From contig JBFWNU010000005.1 in NCBI GenBank assembly GCA_050250895.1, forward strand, positions 64,001 to 128,000: a stretch of 64,000 nucleotides of DNA, written 5' to 3'. Every line of letters begins with the position of its first letter. Within the stretch, counting starts at the first letter, position 1. Under the pieces are notes generated by a model. The model did no database searches and was not told the origin of the DNA. It was given only the letters and a program-made list of their open reading frames with translations. The translations under genes and the position numbers were made by a program. This DNA comes from Vulcanimicrobiota bacterium. GTDB taxonomy: Bacteria > Vulcanimicrobiota > Xenobia > Xenobiales > JADMJV01. Shown here piece by piece: positions 55,883 to 64,000 of the stretch.

Positions 55883-57565
55883 ATGCTGGGCCTGTTGAAG
55901 CCATACCGCGGCCTGGTTGGTCTGTTGTTGGCCTTGAGTGTGCTGAGCAACGCCACCGGGTTGCTGCTGCCGCGTCTGATCGGCACAGGCATCAACCGTT
56001 ACGAGGCCACCGGGGCTCTGCCTCCGGCCGTGTTCGAGCAGTTTCTGGTGGCGGTGGTGGCTATTGCTATCCTGGCCACGGCCCAGACGGTGGTCGAGGT
56101 GCTGACCTCGGAGCGGGTGGCTCGTGACCTGCGCCAACGCCTGGCCGATCGGCTCTCGCGCCAGAGCTACACCTTCGTGGTCGAGCGCGATCCGGCTCAG
56201 CTATTGACCAATCTCACCTCCGACATCGACTCCATCAAGTTTTTCGTGTCTCAGGCTATTTCGGGCATCCTCAGCTCGGGGGTCATTCTGGTGGGAGCCA
56301 GCCTTCTGCTCTTGAGCCTCGAGTGGCGGCTGGGGCTCGTCATCATCGCCATCATCCCGCTGATCGGCATCGTCTTCGGCTGGATTTTCTCCAAGGTGCG
56401 CCAGCTCTTTCGCGAGGGGCGCGAGGTGGTGGACCGTCTCAACCGGGTCATCGGTCAGAGCATCATCGGCGCCGGCCTGATTCGGGTGCTCGCTGCCACC
56501 GGGGCCGAGAAGGAGAAATTCGCCGAGGTCAATCGTCAGGCCCGAGACCTCGGGTTGTCGGTCTTGCGCCACTTCGCCTCGATGATTCCAGTGGTGGTGT
56601 TCTTGTCCAACCTCGGCACCTTCGCCATCTTGACCCTGGGCGGGCGGTTCGTGGTGGCTGACGAGATGAGCCTGGGAACGATCGCTGCCTTCACGACCTA
56701 TCTGGGTCTTTTGATCTTTCCCGTCATCATGTTGGGCTTCATGGGCAACTTGATTGCCCAGGCCCAGGCCAGCTATGGACGCGTGGTCGAGGTGCTCGAG
56801 GCGGCTGACCCCGAGCCCACCGGTACCATCACCGCCGGTCTCAAGGGCCTGACCGAAGTCAAGGCCGTGCACCTGAGCTATGGCGAGAAAGAGGTGCTCA
56901 AGGGAGTCAGCCTCAAGCTCGAGCCGGGCACCCGCAACGCGGTGGTGGGGCCGACCGCCGCCGGCAAGAGCCAGCTGGTCAATCTGCTCAGCGGGTTGCT
57001 CGAGCCGAGTCAAGGCCAGGTCGTCTACGACGGCCAATATGCTCCCCGGCAGTTGCGCCATCAGGTCTCGGTCGTGTTCCAAGAGTCATCCTTGTTTGCC
57101 GCCAGTTTGCGCGAGAACATCTGCTTTTATCCCAACACGACTGCCGAGAGCTACGAGCTGGCAGTGCGCACCGCCGAGCTTCACGACTTTCTCGAGGGTC
57201 TGCCTCAGGGCGACGCCACCCCGGTGTCCGAGCGAGGAAGCTCCTTGTCGGGAGGGCAGAAGCAGCGGGTGATGCTGGCCCGAGCCCTGGCCAAGGCGCC
57301 GGATGTCTTGCTGCTCGACGATTTCACGGCTCGCCTGGATCCCACCACCGAGGCCAGCGTGCTGGCCAACCTGAGGCGAAACTATCCGGGTCTGACCCTG
57401 CTGACGGTGACCCAGCGCATCGCCCCCATTGTGGACTATGACCAGATCTTTCTCATGATGGAGGGCGAGATTCTGGCCCGCGGCACCCACCAGCAGTTGC
57501 TCGCGACCTCGCCCGAGTATTTGCAAATCTACGAATCGCAGAAGAGCACCCATGCGCTTGAATGA
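55883..57565 (+). CDS. Heterodimeric ABC exporter subunit (degenerate Walker B)
   Basis: TMD plus NBD; GPTAAGKS, LSGGQKQR, LLLDD, TQR. Confidence 0.92.
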   Translation: MLGLLKPYRGLVGLLLALSVLSNATGLLLPRLIGTGINRYEATGALPPAVFEQFLVAVVAIAILATAQTVVEVLTSERVARDLRQRLADRLSRQSYTFVVERDPAQLLTNLTSDIDSIKFFVSQAISGILSSGVILVGASLLLLSLEWRLGLVIIAIIPLIGIVFGWIFSKVRQLFREGREVVDRLNRVIGQSIIGAGLIRVLAATGAEKEKFAEVNRQARDLGLSVLRHFASMIPVVVFLSNLGTFAILTLGGRFVVADEMSLGTIAAFTTYLGLLIFPVIMLGFMGNLIAQAQASYGRVVEVLEAADPEPTGTITAGLKGLTEVKAVHLSYGEKEVLKGVSLKLEPGTRNAVVGPTAAGKSQLVNLLSGLLEPSQGQVVYDGQYAPRQLRHQVSVVFQESSLFAASLRENICFYPNTTAESYELAVRTAELHDFLEGLPQGDATPVSERGSSLSGGQKQRVMLARALAKAPDVLLLDDFTARLDPTTEASVLANLRRNYPGLTLLTVTQRIAPIVDYDQIFLMMEGEILARGTHQQLLATSPEYLQIYESQKSTHALE

Positions 57566-59174
57566 GCAACTGGCGCCCGAGCGCCGCGTCTTGATGCTGG
57601 CCAGCCTGGCCGTGCTGTTGACCTCGGCGCTCAACCTGGGAGCCCCGGCCGTGTTGGGCTACGCCATCGACCACCCATTGGCGGCGGGCGACCTCAAGGG
57701 GGTGATGCGCTACGGGTTGCTGCTGTTGGCCATGGCCGTGGTGGCGATGGCCACCCAATACCTGCAGACGCTGTGGATGGGCGGAGTCGGCCAGCGTCTG
57801 GTCTATCGCTTGCGGGGACAGTTGTTCGAGAAGCTGCAGGACCTGCCGCTGGCCTTCTTTCAGCGTCATCAGACCGGCGATCTGATCTCGCGTCTGGCCA
57901 ACGACACCGATAAGCTGGCCAGTTTCTTCTCGCAGTCCTTGACGCGCTTTGTGGGCAGCCTGGTGACGATGTTGGGTTCGGCCGTCTGCTTGCTGGTCCT
58001 TAACCCGCGTCTGGGAGCGGCCGCCCTGTTGCCAGGGCTCATCATGGTGGCCGTGACTCGGGCCTCGAGCACCCTGGTGCGGCGCCTCAACAAGGCCAGC
58101 CTCGAGGGGGTCGGAGCGCTCAGCGCCGAGGTGCAAGAAAGCCTCGAGAACTTTAAGGTGATCGTGGCCTTTGACCGGCGCGACTTCTTTCGCCAGCAAT
58201 TCGGGCTGGCCAACCAGGCTAACTATGCTCGGGCCGTGAAAGCCGGCCTGGTCAACGGCTCGCTATCGCCGTTCTACGGGCTATGTTCCCACGCCGGCCA
58301 ACTGATTGCGCTGGCCTACGGGTTGTGGATGGTGGCCAACGGTCAGTTTACGGTGGGCTTTCTCATCAGCTATTTCGTCTATCTGCAGCGTTTTTACGAC
58401 CCGATGCGTCAGTTGGCCAATCTGTGGTCGACCTTTCAGGGCGCCATGTCGGGCTTTGACCGTATCGCCGAGATTCTAGCCGTCAAAGACCACCTGCCGG
58501 TGCTAGCGGCCGGGCCGGTGGAAGAGGGGGCACCGCGCCTCGAGTTTCGCGATGTTTCCTTCGGTTACGAAAAGGATCGCTGCATCCTGCATGATGTCAG
58601 CTTTGCCCTCGAGAAGGGCAAGACCTATGCGTTCGTCGGGCCGACCGGAGGCGGCAAGACCACTACCGCCAGCCTCATGGCCCGCCTCTTTGACCCCGAC
58701 CAGGGAACGGTGCGCCTGGACGGGCGCGACCTGCGCAGCTATGAAGCCGCCGAACGAGCTGCCAAGATCGGTTTTATCTTGCAAGAACCGTTTCTTTTCG
58801 ACGGCACCGTGGGGGACAACGTCAGTTCGCTGGAGGGGCTCGAGGGGATGTTCGAACAGGGTCTGGCCACTCCGGTGGAGGGGCTCAGCCTGGGTCAGCG
58901 TCAGGTGGTGGCCTTTTTGCGGGCCATGCTGAGAAAGCCCGATCTCTTGATTCTCGACGAGGCCACCGCCAATATCGATACTGTGACCGAGAGGGTGCTC
59001 ACGGCGCTGCTCGAGCGCCTGCCCGCCGAAACAACCCGGGTGGTCATCGCCCATCGCTTGAACACGATCGAGCAGGCCGACGCCATCTTCTTTGTCAACG
59101 CCGGCTGGGTGCGGCTGGCCGGTTCGCTGGGCCAGGCCGTGGCCATGCTGCGCGAGGAGCGCCGCCAGAGTTAG
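57552..59174 (+). CDS. Heterodimeric ABC exporter subunit (consensus Walker B)
   Basis: GPTGGGKTT, LSLGQRQ, ILDEAT, IAHRL. Confidence 0.92.
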   Translation: MRLNEQLAPERRVLMLASLAVLLTSALNLGAPAVLGYAIDHPLAAGDLKGVMRYGLLLLAMAVVAMATQYLQTLWMGGVGQRLVYRLRGQLFEKLQDLPLAFFQRHQTGDLISRLANDTDKLASFFSQSLTRFVGSLVTMLGSAVCLLVLNPRLGAAALLPGLIMVAVTRASSTLVRRLNKASLEGVGALSAEVQESLENFKVIVAFDRRDFFRQQFGLANQANYARAVKAGLVNGSLSPFYGLCSHAGQLIALAYGLWMVANGQFTVGFLISYFVYLQRFYDPMRQLANLWSTFQGAMSGFDRIAEILAVKDHLPVLAAGPVEEGAPRLEFRDVSFGYEKDRCILHDVSFALEKGKTYAFVGPTGGGKTTTASLMARLFDPDQGTVRLDGRDLRSYEAAERAAKIGFILQEPFLFDGTVGDNVSSLEGLEGMFEQGLATPVEGLSLGQRQVVAFLRAMLRKPDLLILDEATANIDTVTERVLTALLERLPAETTRVVIAHRLNTIEQADAIFFVNAGWVRLAGSLGQAVAMLREERRQS

Positions 59175-59722
59175 ACCAACAAGTAGCCGAGGCGGATGCC
59201 GGCCGTGACGGCTTCGGTGCGGCTGCTCACGGCCAGCTTGGAAAAAACCGAGCTCAGGTGGAACTTGACGGTGTTCTCGGAGATTCCGAGCAGTTCGGCC
59301 AGTTGCTTGTTGGGCAGACCTTCGGCCAGCAGTTCGAGCACCTCGATCTCGCGAGCGGTGAGGGCGTCAGGGCCGTCCGGCCGGGCCTGGCCAAAGCGGT
59401 CGCTGACCCACAGCCCGGCCCGCACCGCTCTTAGCGCGGCCAAGACGGCTGTGTCGTCGGCCTGGCGGGCCAGCAGGCCACGTCCGGGACCGGGTTCCAG
59501 GGCCAGGTCCCGGCGGTCGCTCAAGAGCAGAAAGGGAAGAACCAGGCTCGGGATGGGATCGCCCGAGACCAGCTCGCCCAGCAGCAACTCGGCTCCCTCC
59601 GGGGCCGGGGCCGACCAGTCGCAAGAACCTGCCGCCACGAAGTCGTCGGTCGAGGCCAGCAATCCCGCCAACCCGCGCCGGGTGGCGTTAGACCCGGCCA
59701 CCACCAGCACCGGAGTCAGCAA
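59171..59722 (-). CDS. LuxR/NarL-family regulator with degenerate receiver
   Basis: LTAREIEVLELLAEGLPNKQLA...ISENTVKFH...KL; probable TTG start. Confidence 0.85.
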   Translation of the reverse strand: MLTPVLVVAGSNATRRGLAGLLASTDDFVAAGSCDWSAPAPEGAELLLGELVSGDPIPSLVLPFLLLSDRRDLALEPGPGRGLLARQADDTAVLAALRAVRAGLWVSDRFGQARPDGPDALTAREIEVLELLAEGLPNKQLAELLGISENTVKFHLSSVFSKLAVSSRTEAVTAGIRLGYLLV

Positions 59723-60666
59723 ACCGGTGGACCGCCTCGACCGGGCGGCGGACCGGGCGGCCCGAAGTGGCGCAGTATTTTGTGAATGAAGTGCCGACGA
59801 CGGTGGTGATGGTGCTGATGGCCGCGGTGATGATGCGGCCCCGGATGGTGAGGTGGCCCATGGCGGACGGGCCGCTCGCCCAGAGTGGCGGTCACTTCCA
59901 GGGGTTGGCCGGCGCGCACCAGGGCTAGTCTGACCTCGCGCCCGGGAGAGAGCGAGCGTAGCTGGTGCATCACTTCTTCGGGACCGTTGACGGCCTGATG
60001 GTCGAGGCGCAGCAGGGTGTCGCCCAGCATGGCGCCAGCTTGCTGGGCGGGGCTGTCGGGCTCGATTTTGACGACCAGGCACCCCTCGTGGTCGAGGGGC
60101 ATCAGACCCAGGCCCAAGAATCCGGGCTCGAGATTGCCGCCCGATTCGAGTTGCTCGACCAGCGTGGCCAGGCGAGAGTAGGGCAGGGTCTGGGGCGGAT
60201 GACCGCCATGCAGGCCCAGCAACCGGCCCTGATGATCGACCAGAGTCGCGCCAGCCAACTCGGGGCGGGGCGGGTGGCGATGGCTGGCCAGCGTCTGCAT
60301 CAGCGAGATGGCCGAAATCAGGCCTCCCTGATGGTCGCGACCGAGGCTGACTACCAATCCCGGGCCGGGTTCACGGTTCCAGGGCGGCGGGTCGAAGGCG
60401 ACCGGCTGGTCCAGGCGCAACAAGGCCAGATCCCAACCGGGTGAGCGACCTACTACGCTCGCTTTCATAGCCGAACCGTCATGAAAATAGACGTCCGCCT
60501 GGTCATGCTCGAGGCGGTGTTCGATGGTGAGCACGGATTGCTCTGACCAGAGCAAGCCACTCGACCCCGGCCCGCGGCCGCTGTCGACGGCCACCACGAG
60601 CGGGGCCACGCTGACCACCATTTGGGTCAGTTCTTGTGAGAGTGCTTCAAGATGGGGGTATTTCAT
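59716..60666 (-). CDS. HtrA/S1C-like protease homolog with PDZ domain and His/Pro-rich tail
   Basis: DLALLRL, GFLGL, SPAQQAG...GD; catalytic GxSGG replaced by ELAGA. Confidence 0.75.
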   Translation of the reverse strand: MKYPHLEALSQELTQMVVSVAPLVVAVDSGRGPGSSGLLWSEQSVLTIEHRLEHDQADVYFHDGSAMKASVVGRSPGWDLALLRLDQPVAFDPPPWNREPGPGLVVSLGRDHQGGLISAISLMQTLASHRHPPRPELAGATLVDHQGRLLGLHGGHPPQTLPYSRLATLVEQLESGGNLEPGFLGLGLMPLDHEGCLVVKIEPDSPAQQAGAMLGDTLLRLDHQAVNGPEEVMHQLRSLSPGREVRLALVRAGQPLEVTATLGERPVRHGPPHHPGPHHHRGHQHHHHRRRHFIHKILRHFGPPGPPPGRGGPPVC

Positions 60667-60725
60667 AGTCTCATCATAGAGCCCATCGGCCCGTCGCGGA
60701 TCAGCCGGATGGGTGGGGCTGCGAC

Positions 60726-61031
60726 CTACCCGTCCGGGTGGGAGAGAAACTCGAGCACCTTCTCGGGCGGGCGCGCGATGATGGCCTGGCCCCCACGCAC
60801 GACCACGGGTCGTTGCATGTCCTCGGGGTGCGCGAGCAGCCAGTCGACCAGATCGGTGTCGGGTTTCGAGCGAGCCAACTGGTCGCCTAGTTGGTTGACC
60901 AGTTGCCGTAGCTGTTCACGGGTGAGGGGCGACTTGAGGTATTCGACCACCTCGTAATCGACGTGATTTGACTCGAGCAAAGCCAGCAACTGGCGACATT
61001 TAGAGCAACGCGGGTTGTGATAGACGAGCAT
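60726..61031 (-). CDS. ArsC/Spx-family protein
   Basis: YHNPRCSKCR, EYLK, HP..MQRPVV, ARPPE. Confidence 0.9.
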   Translation of the reverse strand: MLVYHNPRCSKCRQLLALLESNHVDYEVVEYLKSPLTREQLRQLVNQLGDQLARSKPDTDLVDWLLAHPEDMQRPVVVRGGQAIIARPPEKVLEFLSHPDG

Positions 61032-61058
61032 GCGTGGCGGTTCGCTAGTTCGCCGCGA

Positions 61059-61910
61059 TCATCCGCCCAGGTTCGCCACCGAGTTCGCGAACCGGGTGGA
61101 ATATTCCAACACCAGGCGTCCGGCCAGGTCCGGGGCGAGCTGCAGTCCGTGCGTGAGCGTGGCGGTCGCGGCCGGAGTGGGGTCTTCGTCTTCGGGCAGG
61201 AACGTTGCCTCGACGCCAAAACGAAGCGCATTGCCCGACACCGCCAGCCCGATCTCTTCGAACCGGTTGGGGTAGGCCCGCAGCAGATGGTGGCCGAGCA
61301 ACTGCAAACAAAGCGCGGGAAAGAGGACCCGGGCCCGGCGACGCTTGACGAAGTTCCACCATCTCAGGCCCAGCCGGGGACTATCTGCTTGTAAAAGAAG
61401 CGCGTGGCAAGAGACGAATCGCATGACCGACATGGATACCGGTCGACCCGATTGGACCTGACGCACTTCGTCCAGGCTCGGTTGAAGGTCGAGCGGGTTG
61501 AAGCCCACGGCAGGGCTTTCCAGTTCGGCGAGCGCGGCGCTAAAGGCCTCCAGGCTGGGCTCTGGGCCCGGTCCCAGGCCGCTGCGAGAGGTGCTGGTCC
61601 ACTCTCCCAGCATGCTGGCCTCTCCGAACTCGGGGCGGGTGCGCTCGAGGGTGATGTAGCGCCAGGGAGTGGTCTTGAGAACCGCCACCATGAAGGCTTC
61701 GGCCGGCGCTGAAGGCGGCGGCATCTTGATGATGATTGCGGGCCCGACCCCGTCGACTTCGAGATAATGCACGGCCAGGGGAGCTCCTTTCCAGACCTCG
61801 GCCAGGGGAGGGATGGAGCAAAGCATCTGCTCGAAGCGTTCTGGCTGGTCGTGCACCAGTCGAGGCAAAGTGCGGTGGGCGAATTCGTAGTGCGAGGAGA
61901 GTTCGGACAT
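61059..61910 (-). CDS. Hypothetical protein
   Basis: HYEFAH..LP...MPPP..PAEA...RYITLE...LGEW; co-oriented in a run of minus-strand genes. Confidence 0.6.
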   Translation of the reverse strand: MSELSSHYEFAHRTLPRLVHDQPERFEQMLCSIPPLAEVWKGAPLAVHYLEVDGVGPAIIIKMPPPSAPAEAFMVAVLKTTPWRYITLERTRPEFGEASMLGEWTSTSRSGLGPGPEPSLEAFSAALAELESPAVGFNPLDLQPSLDEVRQVQSGRPVSMSVMRFVSCHALLLQADSPRLGLRWWNFVKRRRARVLFPALCLQLLGHHLLRAYPNRFEEIGLAVSGNALRFGVEATFLPEDEDPTPAATATLTHGLQLAPDLAGRLVLEYSTRFANSVANLGG

Positions 61911-61947
61911 GTCTCAGAGAGTCAGATTGCCCCCGAAAGGTTCGCCC

Positions 61948-62427
61948 TCAGGGGAGCCGTTCCGTGCCCTGGAAGACGAAGCTCTCCTTGAGCCAGGTGA
62001 TGCCGTTGGGGACGGGTTCGAGCGGACCGCTTCCCAAGGTTTCCGGGCCTGGCTGCGAGGGGGGAGAGGCCAGGCGATATTGGCTCAGGGTCGAGCCGTC
62101 CTTGAGCCAGAACACGTAGAGATAATAATTGCCGTGGGGGGACGGGCTGTTGGTCCAAAGGGCCAGATAGAGCCGTTGCTCGTCGGCCGATAAGCCGAGA
62201 ATGCGACTGGCCCCGTCGGTGCGAGCCAGCAGCTTCATCTCCTTGGAGTCAAGTCCCGTCCAGAGCACCAGGGTGGTGGCTGGCAATCGCGAGCCCTCGA
62301 CCGGGTCGCGGTAGGCATAGACCGTGCAATCCTGGTTGCTGGTGATGGGACGCAACTCCCAGGGGGGTGGGGGCACGGCCAGAGCCATCGAGGTCAAAAG
62401 TCCCAGCATCAGAAGTCTCAGTCGCAT
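61948..62427 (-). CDS. Secreted hypothetical protein
   Basis: Signal peptide MRLRLLMLGLLTSMALA; overlaps the GNAT stop. Confidence 0.65.
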   Translation of the reverse strand: MRLRLLMLGLLTSMALAVPPPPWELRPITSNQDCTVYAYRDPVEGSRLPATTLVLWTGLDSKEMKLLARTDGASRILGLSADEQRLYLALWTNSPSPHGNYYLYVFWLKDGSTLSQYRLASPPSQPGPETLGSGPLEPVPNGITWLKESFVFQGTERLP

Positions 62428-62918
62428 CCGTCATCCTCCAGCTTTCGATACATCACCAGGGCGTCGACCAGGCCCAGAGTTGGGTGGCGAAAGGCGCCAG
62501 GTAGGCGGCCGACCGTCGCAAAGCCGTGCTTTTCCCACAGCCTGATGGCGCCTTCGTTCGTGGTAACCACCAGATTATACTGCATGGCCAGATAGCCTCG
62601 ACGCCGGGCTTCGGCGAGGGAGTGGACGCACATGGCGCTGGCCACTCCCCGCCCCCGAGCGGCCTCGGCCGTCATATAGCCGCAGTTGGCTACATGGGCG
62701 CCGGGGCCCATCTGGTTAGGACGCAGGTAATAGGTGCCCAGGACCTTCTCGCCCTCGGTGGCCACGAACACCTGGTGGGTGGGGGCGTGCCAGTAAGCCA
62801 GTGCATCCTGGCGCGAGAGCTCGGGAGGCAGTGCGTAGGTCTCGCCCCCGCGCAGGACCGGCTCGAGAATCGCCCAGATTGACGGCTGGTCGTCGGGCCT
62901 GGCGGGGCGGATTTCCAC
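62418..62918 (-). CDS. GNAT N-acetyltransferase
   Basis: GTYYLRPNQ.G.GAHVANCGY, ARGRGVA, MQYNLVV.TN..A..LW...GF. Confidence 0.92.
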   Translation of the reverse strand: MEIRPARPDDQPSIWAILEPVLRGGETYALPPELSRQDALAYWHAPTHQVFVATEGEKVLGTYYLRPNQMGPGAHVANCGYMTAEAARGRGVASAMCVHSLAEARRRGYLAMQYNLVVTTNEGAIRLWEKHGFATVGRLPGAFRHPTLGLVDALVMYRKLEDDGCD

Positions 62919-63469
62919 TACTTGAAGGTTCGCATCGACCGAACCACCGCGCGGGGGCGAATGTCATCGAGGCCGAGTTTCTGGTGCTCTCCCTCGAGGC
63001 GCCGAGAGCCGATGTAGTCTGATTTCGTAAACAGCAGCTGGGTGTTGCCTTCGTCCACATGGTCGACCACGATGCGGTCGCTGACGTAGGTATAGAACAC
63101 TTCGGCGTTGGGGGTGACCCGTTGGACATCCTCCCAGGTCAGGCCCACGGCAAATCCGTGCTCGTGGTAGACGCCTGGTGCGCTCACCACGATTTCGCGG
63201 ATGGTTCCGTCCGGGTCGAGGATCGCCTGGGCAATGACGTGATGCTGAAAGGAGATGTCCAGATAGGCTATCTCTTCGGGGCTGCCCTCGCGGGTCTGTT
63301 TGCGAAGGAAGCGCTGGTAGCTCAGGGCCGGATTGCGCGAGGATTCGGGCGGAAGTTGGCCGAGATAGAAGTCTTCCAGCCCGTCTTTGGTGAGATTCGG
63401 CTCGTCTTGAGCCAGAACCGGCAACCAGGCCAACAAGAGGAGAATGAGCAAGGTGCGAAGCTTGGACAT
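62918..63469 (-). CDS. Secreted hypothetical protein
   Basis: Signal peptide MSKLRTLLILLLLAWLPVLA; the upstream ORF extension is antisense to the macro gene. Confidence 0.65.
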   Translation of the reverse strand: MSKLRTLLILLLLAWLPVLAQDEPNLTKDGLEDFYLGQLPPESSRNPALSYQRFLRKQTREGSPEEIAYLDISFQHHVIAQAILDPDGTIREIVVSAPGVYHEHGFAVGLTWEDVQRVTPNAEVFYTYVSDRIVVDHVDEGNTQLLFTKSDYIGSRRLEGEHQKLGLDDIRPRAVVRSMRTFK

Positions 63470-63691
63470 GCTGGCTCGCTTCCCAGCCGGGCCGGGGGAT
63501 CCTTCCCAACGAAAAGAGCCCCGGGGACGGGGCTCGGGCCGGGGCGGAGAAATGAGGGGGGACGATTCCCCACCGCCGGTTAGCGGCTTCAACCACGCCG
63601 ACCCGAGAATGTTTCTCCCGCGTTGCAGATGGGGACAGCAGCGGGTCGAGCCATCGGCAGGGTTTCCCGGCCAAGCCGCGCAGACGAAGGT

Positions 63692-64000
63692 ATGAAAGTC
63701 GTGCACGGAGATCTGGTCAAGTTGGCTCTCGAGGGCAAGTTCGACGTGATCATCCATGGTTGTAACTGCTACTGTGCGATGGGAGCCGGGATCGCCAAGC
63801 TGATCAAAGCGAAGTTTCCCGAGGCCTACCAGGCCGATTGCAAGACCGAGAAGGGCGCTCGCGCCAAGCTGGGGTCCATATCCTCCGCCACAATCGAGCG
63901 CGACGGACACACCATCACCGTGGTGAATGGTTACACCCAGCATCACTGGCGCGGCCAGGGCGTGCTGGTCGACTACGAGGCAGTGCGGGGCGTCGCTCGC
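63692..64000 (+). CDS. Macro-domain (ADP-ribose processing) protein, partial
   Basis: MKVVHGDLVKLALEGKFDVIIHGCNCYCAMGAGIAK...NGYTQ; runs off the window end. Confidence 0.88.
   Translation, partial: MKVVHGDLVKLALEGKFDVIIHGCNCYCAMGAGIAKLIKAKFPEAYQADCKTEKGARAKLGSISSATIERDGHTITVVNGYTQHHWRGQGVLVDYEAVRGVAR

Noticed and set aside
55883-59174. Degenerate motifs in the two ABC exporter NBDs
   Set aside because: Expected asymmetry of heterodimeric exporters (TM287/288 type), not a novelty.

Overview
This GC-rich bacterial window is almost fully coding. I found no rRNA, tRNA, CRISPR array or transposase. The gene repertoire loosely suggests a Ca. Eremiobacterota/Xenobia-like diderm, which is inference only. 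Housekeeping-type content: an OmpR/HK pair, an Fe-S (6-4) photolyase, a TeaABC-like TRAP transporter back-to-back with an osmoprotectant ABC transporter, RluA, an alpha-2-macroglobulin, an spdEFG1-type EF-G, a SleB-like hydrolase and a heterodimeric ABC exporter. The most notable accessory features are: (1) a central locus at 27.6-38.9 kb with a double-FHA/PilC(GspF) fusion, a minor-pilin triad, a 1045-aa polymorphic-toxin-like protein ending in an apparently permuted zeta-toxin-like P-loop kinase with a small overlapping partner, PilZ, TPR, and a PqqD/RRE-Tat-Cys-rich fusion next to a broken HprK-related kinase; (2) an RHS toxin with a signal peptide, a C39-like peptidase and a His/Gly/Asn-rich insert inside the YD shell, followed by an immunity candidate and an RHS relic; (3) an ABC exporter with two permease-metallopeptidase fusions, one intact and one degenerate; (4) a recurrent CTTCCGCGCGGAAG palindrome clustered around an HNH gene; (5) a candidate sRNA at 5.84-5.96 kb. 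All family calls come from motif recognition by eye, with no database searches.
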